A program made the position numbers and the translations under genes. From positions 1 through 54,201 of the forward strand of contig JAZNUO010000136.1 in the NCBI GenBank assembly GCA_045592305.1: DNA of 54,201 bases. The letters run 5' to 3'. This stretch comes from Eubacteriales bacterium. GTDB lineage: Bacteria; Bacillota; Clostridia; Oscillospirales; CAG-272. How positions within the stretch are numbered: the stretch's first letter is position 1; the number at the start of each line of letters is the position of its first letter. The notes beneath the pieces are model-generated. The model saw nothing but the letters and a program-made list of their open reading frames with translations. It made no database searches and was not told the origin of the DNA. Of this stretch, positions 8,275-17,567 are shown piece after piece.

Positions 8275-8985
8275 ATGTCACAAATGGATTTCAACAACAA
8301 TTTCTTCAACGAGGACATTCCCCCTATCGTAAACTCAAGTGAGCCTCATATGGCTTGTTTGTTTTTGCTCGATACATCCGGTTCTATGGGCTTTAAAGCA
8401 ACCGACGGCGTTGTTCCGATTGATGCGCTCAACGATGCAATGAACAGATTTAAGGCACAGGTATGTCAGGATGACAAGACCTCCGATATTTTGGATGTTG
8501 CTATCGTAGAGTTCAATAATAGCATTAATGTTATTCAGGACTTCTCGCCCGTTGAATATATGCAGCAGGTGAATCTTACCGCACGCGGAGGCACGTATAT
8601 GGCTCCCGCTATCGAAAAGGCTATCGAGATGGTTGACGAGCGTTCTCGCTTCTACAGAAGAATGGGAACAGAACCCTACAAGCCTTGGATCGTTATGATT
8701 AGTGATGGTGCACCGTTGGATAATATCAGCGATGTTTCCGCAAAGCTCACTTCACTTTCCCAGTCCAACAAGCTCGCATTTTGGTCTTTGAGCCTTCCCG
8801 GTGCTGACAATAAGGTTCTGCACGAACTGTCCGGAGCAAGAGTTTTGAATCTGATTGAATACAATTTTGCAGGCTTCTTTGATTGGGTAAACAAGAGTAT
8901 GAGAGCAGTTTCCGAGAGTTCTCCCGGAGAAAAGGTTATGCTGCCTCCTGCAAATGAAGCAATTACTCTCGATCAGTTAGGATAA
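8275..8985 (+). CDS. vWA-domain protein, TerY-like
   Basis: MIDAS motif LFLLDTSGSMG, then GGTYMAPAI and VMISDGAPLD. RBS aaaggag. Confidence 0.85.
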   Translation: MSQMDFNNNFFNEDIPPIVNSSEPHMACLFLLDTSGSMGFKATDGVVPIDALNDAMNRFKAQVCQDDKTSDILDVAIVEFNNSINVIQDFSPVEYMQQVNLTARGGTYMAPAIEKAIEMVDERSRFYRRMGTEPYKPWIVMISDGAPLDNISDVSAKLTSLSQSNKLAFWSLSLPGADNKVLHELSGARVLNLIEYNFAGFFDWVNKSMRAVSESSPGEKVMLPPANEAITLDQLG

Positions 8986-8992
8986 TAGAGCT

Positions 8993-10126
8993 ATGATGTA
9001 TTCATACGGAACAACACAACAAGGTCCATATCACGTTCAAAAAAATATTGTCTGTCAAGATTTTCATTACATAAAGAAAGTATCCGAGGATTGCGTGATC
9101 GCCGCAGTTGCTGACGGCTTGGGAAGCGAATCTCATTCGGACGTGGCTTCAAAAATTGCGGCAACCGAGTCCGTTGAATATTGTTTTGCCAATCTTCCGC
9201 CTGAATTGACCGAAGAAAATGCTTTGCAAATGATTTCGGATGCTTTTATGCACGCATTACAAAAAATCACGGATGAAGTTGCAAAAGAAAACGGCGATAT
9301 CAATCAGTATGATACCACACTGTGCCTTGCTATCTATAAAGGAAGTAACGTATATTTCGGTCAATCGGGAGATAGCGGAGCTATCGTTTTATGTAAAGAC
9401 GGACATTACGAGGGCATAACAAAACAGCAGCGTGACGAAAACGGTTGCGTTTTTCCGCTTGCTTTCGGCAAAGAAAAATGGGTGTTTGGTTCAAAATCCG
9501 ATGTCGCAAGTTTGCTGCTTGCTACCGACGGAATGCTCGAAATTTTCTTTCCCGTACTCTTACACTCGGAAAAGGTAAACATTTACGTTGCTTTGGCGCA
9601 ATTCTTCATGGATAATATATCCTTGAAATTTGATGAAGCCGGAGAGCAAGCCGTTGGGGAGAAAATGACCGCTTTTGTGCAGAATATTCCCGAAAAGCAG
9701 GTCAATGATGATAAAACGGTGCTCGTTGTCGTGAATGATTCAATCAAACCCGAGCATTTGGAGGACTCCTATTATCAAGTTCCAAATTGGGCAGAGCTTC
9801 AAAAGAAACGCCAAGAGGAATTTAACCGTCTTGCGTATCCTCATTTGTATGCGAAAGAAAAAGCGGAGGAAGCCAAAACGGCTGAAACTTCTACATCCGA
9901 AGCAACCGAACAATCAGACGAAGCAAACAACACTTCCACGGAAACCGCAAAATCCGAAGAAACAAAAAACGAGAAAAAGGATGACGGCGTAGACAAAGTC
10001 ATTCCATCCGATACCGAAACAATCGAAGAAAAGGTAGAAGACAAAAAAGAAGCCTCGGGAGAAAAATCTCCGAAGATCCTTCAACAGATCACCTCTATTT
10101 TCAAACCTAAAGCAAAGAAGGAATAA
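8993..10126 (+). CDS. PP2C-family Ser/Thr phosphatase with an E/K/T-rich low-complexity C-terminal tail
   Basis: AAVADGLGSESHSDVAS and LLATDGMLE metal-binding motifs. The last 110 or so aa are acidic/lysine-rich. Confidence 0.8.
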   Translation: MMYSYGTTQQGPYHVQKNIVCQDFHYIKKVSEDCVIAAVADGLGSESHSDVASKIAATESVEYCFANLPPELTEENALQMISDAFMHALQKITDEVAKENGDINQYDTTLCLAIYKGSNVYFGQSGDSGAIVLCKDGHYEGITKQQRDENGCVFPLAFGKEKWVFGSKSDVASLLLATDGMLEIFFPVLLHSEKVNIYVALAQFFMDNISLKFDEAGEQAVGEKMTAFVQNIPEKQVNDDKTVLVVVNDSIKPEHLEDSYYQVPNWAELQKKRQEEFNRLAYPHLYAKEKAEEAKTAETSTSEATEQSDEANNTSTETAKSEETKNEKKDDGVDKVIPSDTETIEEKVEDKKEASGEKSPKILQQITSIFKPKAKKE

Positions 10127-10131
10127 TTGCT

Positions 10132-13100
10132 ATGACCTACTATGGTGCTAATAGAAAAACGTATATATTAGACGACATACCGATAAAAAAAGGCGGAGAG
10201 GGCGCAATTCACACGGTGTCGGGCAAGTCAAATCTACTTGCAAAAATTTATCTCGCGCCCGCAAAATCTCCCGAACTAAAAGAAAAGATCTCTTTGATGG
10301 TGAAGAATCCCCCCCGTCAGGATATTCTTGACCAGATCGCTTGGCCAATTGATATCCTTTCTGATGCAGGAGGAAACTTTGTTGGTTTCGTTATGCCCAA
10401 GCTGTCGATTGACGTAGAGCTTGGCGACGTATATAAATACCCTGCCAAAAAGAAAGTAACTCTCACGGGAGAGCAAAAGGTTATCATTGCGATAAATATC
10501 TGTCGCGTTATTTCCGCAATTCATGACTTGGATTACGTATTCGGTGATTTTAATCCTTGTAATATCGGCGTTAATTTGACCAACGGACACGTGGCTTTTC
10601 TTGATACAGACTCTTATCATATTACCGACAAGGCAAGAGGCAAGACATATCGTTGTAACGTGTGCTTGAACGGTTACGTTGCTCCCGAACTGATTAAGAA
10701 GTGCAAGAACACGGGATACGCGCAAGCTCCGCTTCCTACGTTCACAAAGGAAACAGACTTGTTCTCCCTTGCTATTCATATTTTTAAGCTTTTGATGAAC
10801 GGCTTTACCCCCTATAACGGAATTCCTGAGAATGAGCGTTCTTCAACGGCTTCTCCCGGTGTTGGTAACGCTGCAATAGAAATGGATCACTATTGCTTTA
10901 AGGCAGGCAATAGACCTTTGAGCGTTGCCGTTTTGCCTTTGCAAGCGTTTCCCAACGATGTGCAAAATCTTTTTACAAGAGCTTTTGACGAAGGACATCG
11001 TAATCCAAGCAAGCGTCCCACGGCAAAGGAATGGGATGCGGTACTTACAAATTACCATTCAAATTTGAAGCAATGTAATGCCAATCCGATGCACCACCAC
11101 TATAAAGGGTTGCAAACTTGTCCCTATTGTGAAGCTGATCAGAGATACAATTTCACAATGAGTATGAGTTCTGTTTACGGAACATCATCCGGCGCGCCTT
11201 CTTCGGGACAGATGAGCTTTTCTACTCCTATGACTCCTCCGCCCACTCCTCCCTCGGGTTCTTCTTATACAAGCTCGTCGTATAACTCATCGGGTAACGG
11301 TCAGTATTCGGGAACTGTTTTGTCGGGTAGCGGTTCTTCTACGAGAGTATCTCAAAGAAGCTCCAACGGCTTTTCGAGGAAAATGCCCAAGGCAATCATT
11401 ATCAGTGTTCTTGCCATCGTTCTTGTAGTCGGAGGATATTTTGGTATTACTACTGCTATCAATAACAACAAGATTGAAAAAGTTGAAGCACTGATCGCAG
11501 ATCTTCCTACCAACCCCGATTATTATATCGATTATCATCAGGAAATCGTAGAAGCATATGCGGCATACCAAGAGCTGAACGATAAACTTCAAGATAAAGT
11601 GGAGAATGCCAACAAGCTTTTCACTTGTATGGAAAGTCTTGAAGTAGAAGAAGCCTATGAAATGCAACAGAATTTGCAATTCACAGAAGTGATTGGCGGA
11701 TATGCTGTAAGTATTAAAAGTGATCGCACCTCCAAATTAAGTGGTAAAGTTGAAATTCCTTCAACATATAGAGGAAAGCCCGTTACTTCAATTCCAACGA
11801 ATGCATTTTTGAATTGTTCAAACATAACTTCAATAATAATTCCCGACAGTGTCATTTCTATAGGTAGTGGTGCCTTTGGTGGATGCACTTCATTGAAAGA
11901 AATAACGATTCCTTTTATAGGATATGAAATGTCTCCTGAAAATCCAAGATGGGCAGTCTTTGGTTTTATATTCGGAGATGGTGAATACAATGATGACAAT
12001 ATGAACAGAGAGGATAAAGTATATAAGACCAGTGGAACAAGCGGTTTCACCTCACAAATTTCTGAAGGGTCGGGCGGATATTTCTATTTCACCATTCCTA
12101 AAAGTCTAAAAAAAGTCACAGTTACCCTCCAAACTAATATTCCGAATTATGCGTTTAACAACTGTGATTTATTAGAAAATGTTGTTTTTGTTAATGATTT
12201 GAAACAAATTGGTAACTATGCTTTTTCAGGATGTACCAATCTCTCGCAATTTAACATCAATTACGGCGTTGAATCAATTGGAATTGGTGCATTTATGAAC
12301 TGCCGCGCGTTCGATACCATAGATATCCCCAATAGTGTAACATCAATAGGACGAGAATCGTTTGTTGGTTGTTCCAAGATTACAAACATTATAATTCCTG
12401 ATAGTGTTAAATCTATAGGTAGTGGTGCATTTGGCGGATGCACTTCATTGAAGGAAATAACCCTTCCCTTTGTTGGTAGTGATAGTTCTCCTGAAAATCC
12501 AAGATGGGCAGTCTTTGGGTATATATTTGGTGATGGTAATTATGATGACGATAACAACATGCAAAAAAGTGATAAAATATATAAGACCAGCGGAACAAGC
12601 GGTTTCACATCACAAGTTTCGGAAGGATCTGGATATTTTTATTACGCTATCCCAAAAAGCCTAAAAAAAGTTACCATCACCCTTCAAACGAACATACCCA
12701 ATTATGCATTTAACAACTGCGATTTGTTAGAAACTATTACATTTATACAACCAACAAAAACGATTGGAAATTATTCGTTTGGCAATTGCTCCGAACTTAA
12801 AATGTTTTCCATGTCATCATCATTAGAAAGCATTGGCAATGGCGCATTTATGAATTGTGCACGATTTTCAAATATTGTTATCCCCGATGGCACCATTTCA
12901 ATTGGAGAATATGCTTTCTGGGGGTTGGTTAATGTAACTAACGTTATTGTACCGAATTCCGTAAAAAATATCGGTTCAGGTGCGTTTTGTCAATGTAGTT
13001 CGTTAGAGGAAATAACTTTACCGTTTATTGGTAAAAATTCCAATCCTGATAATCCCCGATGGGCAGTTTTGGGATATATTTTTGGTGATAATGATACGGA

Positions 13101-13362
13101 TGATACAATGGAAAAAAGCTCCAAAATATACAAAACAAGCGGAACCAACGGTTTTACATCTCAGGTTTCGGAAGGATCAGGATATTTCTATTATGCTATT
13201 CCTAAAAGTTTGAAAACTGTAAGAGTAACTTCTCAAACAAAAGTTCCAGATTGCGCATTTAATAATTGTGATTTGCTCGAAACAATTATCTATTCTTCCA
13301 TCGTGTCTAAAGGTGAGAATTCATTTGCAAATTGTCCTGCAAACATCATTGAAGGAAACTAA
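10132..13362 (+). CDS. Membrane-spanning Hanks-type Ser/Thr kinase with extracellular BspA-type leucine-rich repeats
   Basis: Kinase motifs: KKGGEGAIH, LAKIY, GDFNPCN, FLDTDSY, YVAPE. CPYCEADQ zinc-ribbon-like motif. S/P-rich linker. TM helix AIIISVLAIVLVVGGYFGI. Then LRR units IPDSVxSIGSGAFGGCTSLKEITxP. Confidence 0.85.
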   Translation: MTYYGANRKTYILDDIPIKKGGEGAIHTVSGKSNLLAKIYLAPAKSPELKEKISLMVKNPPRQDILDQIAWPIDILSDAGGNFVGFVMPKLSIDVELGDVYKYPAKKKVTLTGEQKVIIAINICRVISAIHDLDYVFGDFNPCNIGVNLTNGHVAFLDTDSYHITDKARGKTYRCNVCLNGYVAPELIKKCKNTGYAQAPLPTFTKETDLFSLAIHIFKLLMNGFTPYNGIPENERSSTASPGVGNAAIEMDHYCFKAGNRPLSVAVLPLQAFPNDVQNLFTRAFDEGHRNPSKRPTAKEWDAVLTNYHSNLKQCNANPMHHHYKGLQTCPYCEADQRYNFTMSMSSVYGTSSGAPSSGQMSFSTPMTPPPTPPSGSSYTSSSYNSSGNGQYSGTVLSGSGSSTRVSQRSSNGFSRKMPKAIIISVLAIVLVVGGYFGITTAINNNKIEKVEALIADLPTNPDYYIDYHQEIVEAYAAYQELNDKLQDKVENANKLFTCMESLEVEEAYEMQQNLQFTEVIGGYAVSIKSDRTSKLSGKVEIPSTYRGKPVTSIPTNAFLNCSNITSIIIPDSVISIGSGAFGGCTSLKEITIPFIGYEMSPENPRWAVFGFIFGDGEYNDDNMNREDKVYKTSGTSGFTSQISEGSGGYFYFTIPKSLKKVTVTLQTNIPNYAFNNCDLLENVVFVNDLKQIGNYAFSGCTNLSQFNINYGVESIGIGAFMNCRAFDTIDIPNSVTSIGRESFVGCSKITNIIIPDSVKSIGSGAFGGCTSLKEITLPFVGSDSSPENPRWAVFGYIFGDGNYDDDNNMQKSDKIYKTSGTSGFTSQVSEGSGYFYYAIPKSLKKVTITLQTNIPNYAFNNCDLLETITFIQPTKTIGNYSFGNCSELKMFSMSSSLESIGNGAFMNCARFSNIVIPDGTISIGEYAFWGLVNVTNVIVPNSVKNIGSGAFCQCSSLEEITLPFIGKNSNPDNPRWAVLGYIFGDNDTDDTMEKSSKIYKTSGTNGFTSQVSEGSGYFYYAIPKSLKTVRVTSQTKVPDCAFNNCDLLETIIYSSIVSKGENSFANCPANIIEGN
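11836..13362 (+). repeat. Three tandem copies of a 555-bp (185-codon) unit in the LRR ectodomain; the last copy is cut short at the stop codon
   Basis: Units start at 11836, 12391 and 12946. Long near-identical protein stretches: SPENPRWAVFGxIFGDG...KTSGTSGFTSQ(I/V)SEGSG...IPKSLKKVT(V/I)TLQTNIPNYAFNNCDLLE. Confidence 0.8.
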
Positions 13363-13383
13363 CTAAGCATACACGAGGCAACT

Positions 13384-16300
13384 ATGAACAATCAGATTAA
13401 GCAAGATATTCTTACGATTGAGAGCAAAATCAAAAGCTTACATCAAACTTATTTGAATTTGAAGGTGCTTGAGGGCACTCACGCGCAAAAGCTTTCTTCG
13501 GATCAGCAAAAGGTTGATAATGCTTTTCAAGCGGCTCAGCAGAATATCAAAAACATTCAAAGAAATTATCAAAACAGAATAGAAGCAGACAAGGATTTTC
13601 TTGCCGAGCTTACGGCGATGGTGTCGCAGTTGCCTCCAAAGTACACAAAGGAGTACAAGCCCGGTTTTGCAACGTGTCCTCAATCTATCAACATGAATCA
13701 CATTCGTGTTTTCTATGAAATGGTTATTGAGGACACGGCAGAATCCTTTAACAATCGCCTTTGGAAAAAGAACGGTTACTACGATTGGAAGCAAATGACG
13801 CTTGACTTTATGCATATGGTAGAAGAAGCGGAATTGTATTTGCAACGAGATATTCAACTTGCAGTACAGGCTTCCAATCGCGATGTTCAGCAAGCACAGC
13901 AAGCCGCAAACAATGCCCGTCAGCAAGGCAACACCAATCATCAAATGCTTGAGCAAGGACAAAAGCAATTGTTTAACGCCGAGGTGCAAAAGCTTCAGCG
14001 TGAAAGACAAGCGTTTCTTTCAAGTGAGCTTGTGCTTGGCTTTGACCGCCGCGTGAGCAGTTCTTTGGTTGATACTGGCGGTGTTAAAGCGGATTGGTCA
14101 AATTACAATGCCAAGCGAGCAATTGCAAAAGGCATTACCATTGGTAGCATCTCACAGGAGATCCATGCGGAGTCTGTTTCCTTAACCGATCAATTGGAAA
14201 AGGCAATCAAATGCTTTCATTCTATGCCGCAGCTTGGTTCTGCGGTTGGTGAGGTTGAATACACAGATGACAATGCTTTGCCGTGTAAAGATGAGCGAGA
14301 GAAAAGCCGCCGCTCCTTTGATGAAAAAGGCTGGCGCTCGTTTGGTTTGCTGAAAAAACGTTCAAATGTGTTCGGTTACGAGGATGAAGAAGATAAAAAA
14401 GAACCTCCGAAAGAACGCTTTGCAGAATTCTACACTCCGTACACATTACCGTTGACCAAGAATTTTAGACTATACTATGCCAACGGCGGTAAAAAAAGCA
14501 ACGCTGTGGCAGAGGAAATTCAAAGTATTGTTCTCAAAAAACTTCGCGGATATCCTACCGATAGCGTGCGTACATACTTTATCGATCCCGTCAGCCGTGG
14601 CATCAATCTCGGTGTACTGAATACTTCAAAAGAGAAAAACGAAGAAATCGGAATTGGTTTATACAATTCCAAGGACGATATTCGTTTAGCTCTGAAAAAG
14701 CTGGAAGCGCATATTGATGATACCGTATCTAAGCTTGGTAAGTTTTCGTCCGTTAAAGAATATAACCGAAGCAATAAAACGCCCATTGAGGAAACGATGC
14801 TGGTCATATTCGACTTCCCGGAAAGCTTCAGTCAGGATTCCTTGGAGCTTTTGAATACCATTATCAAAAACTCCGACAAATGTGGAATCGATATTATCCT
14901 CTCGTCTGAATACGCAGCGCATTATCTTAGTCTAAATGACAACGCTCCGCGTTTTGATTGGTCTATCTATTTGAAAGAAAAGTGGACGTATATCACCCGT
15001 ATGGGCGATAGGTTTATGCTTTCTGAAGATGGACACCATTATAACAACTACGAGCTTTGTACGCTAACTAATGAGCAAAGAGCTTTTATTGATACATATC
15101 GCAAGGTGTATGCCGACAGTCTGAAGATAGACAACAAATTTTCACACGTATTCAACTCTCCGCAACAAACGGCATACAAGGATGCTACAAACGGTATCGT
15201 ATTGCCCGTTATGATTAGGAACGAAAAGAAGGGTGAGATTTGCGATTTCGTTATTGGAGCAAATGCTAATTCGACTCATGCTTTGATTACCGGTAGCACC
15301 GGTTCGGGTAAATCTTCTTTTTTGCATATGCTGATCACCTCTATTCTGCTAAACTATCATCCCGACGATGTGGAATTTTGGATGATCGACTACGGTAAGG
15401 TAGAGTTTGCTCAATATGCAACTAATCGCCCGGCATCTATACGTTTTCTTTCTACCGAAAGAAGTGAGGAATTTACGTTCTCGTTCCTTGATTACATGAA
15501 AGCCTTTTTCGAGCATAGGGCAGATTTGTTTGCAAAAGAAGGTGTAAACGACATCAAAGCGTACCGTGCAAAATGCGGAAGATTAAGTATGCCTCGCGTA
15601 ATCTTGATGATAGACGAGTTCCATATTATGACGCAACAGGTTCAGCAAGATATTCGCTATAAGAATCTTCTCGAAAACTCACTGACAGACTACCGTAAAT
15701 ATGGTTTATCCTGTATTTTTAGCAACCAAACGCTTTCTGCATTAAACGGGTTGAGTGATACGGGTAAGAAGCAGATCAAAAAGCGTATAGCGATGATGAA
15801 CTCTCTTGATGAAATGAAGTTAACCCTTGATGTTCAAAACGACAACTATTCGGAAGAAATGATACACCGAATGGAAAGAACAACAACGGGTGAGCTTTGG
15901 TGTAAGGAACAGATATCGGACAGAGATTTCACCATCAATCAATTTATGGCGGTTTACATTGACGATAAAGAGCGTAACGCCGTGTTAAATTCTATTGTAT
16001 CGCGTTCTGTCGTTCCGCAAGTTGATTGCGAGGTTCACGTTATAAATGATGCGAAGCGTGAGGAAATATCGATAAGAGATCTTTGCTCAAGAATATCTTC
16101 AATGCAAAGTAATCGCATAACGCCTATACACATGGGTGTACCTGTAACCATTGAGCGAGAATTCCACTTTAATATGGAATCGAGATATAACCACAATGTT
16201 TTGGTTCTTGGCAGAGATTTGGAGTTGTCACAAGGGCTTGTTGAGGTATTGATGGCAAACATCTATGCGCAGGGCGATGCCAAACTTCTTGTGTTTGCGG

Positions 16301-16980
16301 ATCAAATGGATGACATTTATCAGAATCTTCAAGATAACGGAACTTTTGATAAATACAATAACATTGAAGTTCTTGATAATACAAGTGACATTTGTATAAA
16401 GGTCAACGAGCTCTATAATCAAATCAAAGCTAAAAAGATTTTACGGCAAAAAACATTTATTCTTTGGTTGGGATATCCCGATATCTTTGATGAGTTTAAC
16501 GTAAGTCCTTCCAAGAAGGATGTAAAATTTGCAGAAGAATCGGTTAGCGTTCCAAAGGAGAATACGGGTATTGATTTACAGAAAGCATTGCAGGATGAAG
16601 AACTGATAGCGATGGCAAAGGCTTTGGATATGCCTCTGGAGGATTTGGTGCGCTCTATGTGTCAGGTGGAAGAACCTGTAGAGATTGTAGACAAAGATGA
16701 TTATTCTTATAATGCCTGCGATGATGTTAACACGTTGATACAGATGGGAGGAAAATTCAATCTGTTTACCACGATGGTATTTGCTTCTCACAGCGATATT
16801 AGAAGAATTAAAGGATTTGATCTCAATACCTTTATTCATAAGATAGCAACATCAATGCCCAAAGAAGAATCTTATGAATGGGGAATGAAGGCGTTTGCCG
16901 CAGATCTTGAAGCCAAAACAACCGCTGTCTATTATGACGGCGAAAAAGCAAGAAAATTTAGACCGTATATCATTACATAA
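13384..16980 (+). CDS. FtsK/SpoIIIE(EssC)-like P-loop ATPase with a Q-rich coiled-coil N-terminus and no TM segment
   Basis: Walker A ITGSTGSGKSSF (about 15290-15320) and Walker B VILMIDEFH (about 15600). A second, degenerate domain follows (VLVLGRDLELSQG, FILWLGYPDIFDEF). Confidence 0.8.
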   Translation: MNNQIKQDILTIESKIKSLHQTYLNLKVLEGTHAQKLSSDQQKVDNAFQAAQQNIKNIQRNYQNRIEADKDFLAELTAMVSQLPPKYTKEYKPGFATCPQSINMNHIRVFYEMVIEDTAESFNNRLWKKNGYYDWKQMTLDFMHMVEEAELYLQRDIQLAVQASNRDVQQAQQAANNARQQGNTNHQMLEQGQKQLFNAEVQKLQRERQAFLSSELVLGFDRRVSSSLVDTGGVKADWSNYNAKRAIAKGITIGSISQEIHAESVSLTDQLEKAIKCFHSMPQLGSAVGEVEYTDDNALPCKDEREKSRRSFDEKGWRSFGLLKKRSNVFGYEDEEDKKEPPKERFAEFYTPYTLPLTKNFRLYYANGGKKSNAVAEEIQSIVLKKLRGYPTDSVRTYFIDPVSRGINLGVLNTSKEKNEEIGIGLYNSKDDIRLALKKLEAHIDDTVSKLGKFSSVKEYNRSNKTPIEETMLVIFDFPESFSQDSLELLNTIIKNSDKCGIDIILSSEYAAHYLSLNDNAPRFDWSIYLKEKWTYITRMGDRFMLSEDGHHYNNYELCTLTNEQRAFIDTYRKVYADSLKIDNKFSHVFNSPQQTAYKDATNGIVLPVMIRNEKKGEICDFVIGANANSTHALITGSTGSGKSSFLHMLITSILLNYHPDDVEFWMIDYGKVEFAQYATNRPASIRFLSTERSEEFTFSFLDYMKAFFEHRADLFAKEGVNDIKAYRAKCGRLSMPRVILMIDEFHIMTQQVQQDIRYKNLLENSLTDYRKYGLSCIFSNQTLSALNGLSDTGKKQIKKRIAMMNSLDEMKLTLDVQNDNYSEEMIHRMERTTTGELWCKEQISDRDFTINQFMAVYIDDKERNAVLNSIVSRSVVPQVDCEVHVINDAKREEISIRDLCSRISSMQSNRITPIHMGVPVTIEREFHFNMESRYNHNVLVLGRDLELSQGLVEVLMANIYAQGDAKLLVFADQMDDIYQNLQDNGTFDKYNNIEVLDNTSDICIKVNELYNQIKAKKILRQKTFILWLGYPDIFDEFNVSPSKKDVKFAEESVSVPKENTGIDLQKALQDEELIAMAKALDMPLEDLVRSMCQVEEPVEIVDKDDYSYNACDDVNTLIQMGGKFNLFTTMVFASHSDIRRIKGFDLNTFIHKIATSMPKEESYEWGMKAFAADLEAKTTAVYYDGEKARKFRPYIIT

Positions 16981-16994
16981 GGGAGGATATAAAA

Positions 16995-17276
16995 ATGTCT
17001 GACGATTTGACCAAATTAAGTTTGAGTGAGCTCCGTGAGTTCGCCGAGGCACTTGAAACATTTAAAGCGAATATCGAGAAGCGTTGCAATCATATGGAAA
17101 ACGGAATGAATAGTTGTTCCAAATACATGAAGGATGAAACTTCACAGCAACTTTTGAGAAAGTCCGCACAATCTATTGCAGAGATTAGAGAATGCTTGAA
17201 TCCTACCACGCTTCTCCTTGAAAAGGTGTATAGAATGATTGATATTCTTACATCAGGATTCTCGATGGGGGTATAA
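16995..17276 (+). CDS. Small helical protein (93 aa), paralogue 1
   Basis: LREFAEALETFKANIEKRCNHMEN aligns with the N-terminus of the 17568 protein. RBS gggagga. Confidence 0.6.
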   Translation: MSDDLTKLSLSELREFAEALETFKANIEKRCNHMENGMNSCSKYMKDETSQQLLRKSAQSIAEIRECLNPTTLLLEKVYRMIDILTSGFSMGV

Positions 17277-17280
17277 CGCT

Positions 17281-17565
17281 ATGGCAGAATTGAATGTAAA
17301 TGTCAACGATGAAAAAATGGCAGCTTTTTCGGAATATGTTAAGCAATTTGGCAAAGAAACAAAAGCTGACTGTGAAACATTGAAGGCGGCTATGAAAAAA
17401 TTGCAAAGCGCATCTTCTGATGAAGAGCTGTATCAAACGAGCAAAACTGTTGAAAAAATAGACGATATTATCACAGATGCCCAGCCAACAATCAATCAGC
17501 TTTCAAAAAAAATCGACGAGTATGTTGCATTTGTTAGAAGGCTTAAGTTGGCTGCACGCTCATAA
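17281..17565 (+). CDS. Small helical protein (94 aa), paralogue 2
   Basis: EKIDDIITDAQPTINQLSKKIDEYVAFVRRLKLA aligns with KQVEDILAASEVDLQSLVRKISDYERFVVRLKMA of the next gene. Confidence 0.6.
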   Translation: MAELNVNVNDEKMAAFSEYVKQFGKETKADCETLKAAMKKLQSASSDEELYQTSKTVEKIDDIITDAQPTINQLSKKIDEYVAFVRRLKLAARS

Positions 17566-17567
17566 TC

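Noticed and set aside
13438-14010. 190-codon minus-strand ORF inside the FtsK-like gene, and a similar one at 10276-10779 inside the kinase gene.
   Set aside because: They are antisense to genes with clear motifs and have no translation signals.
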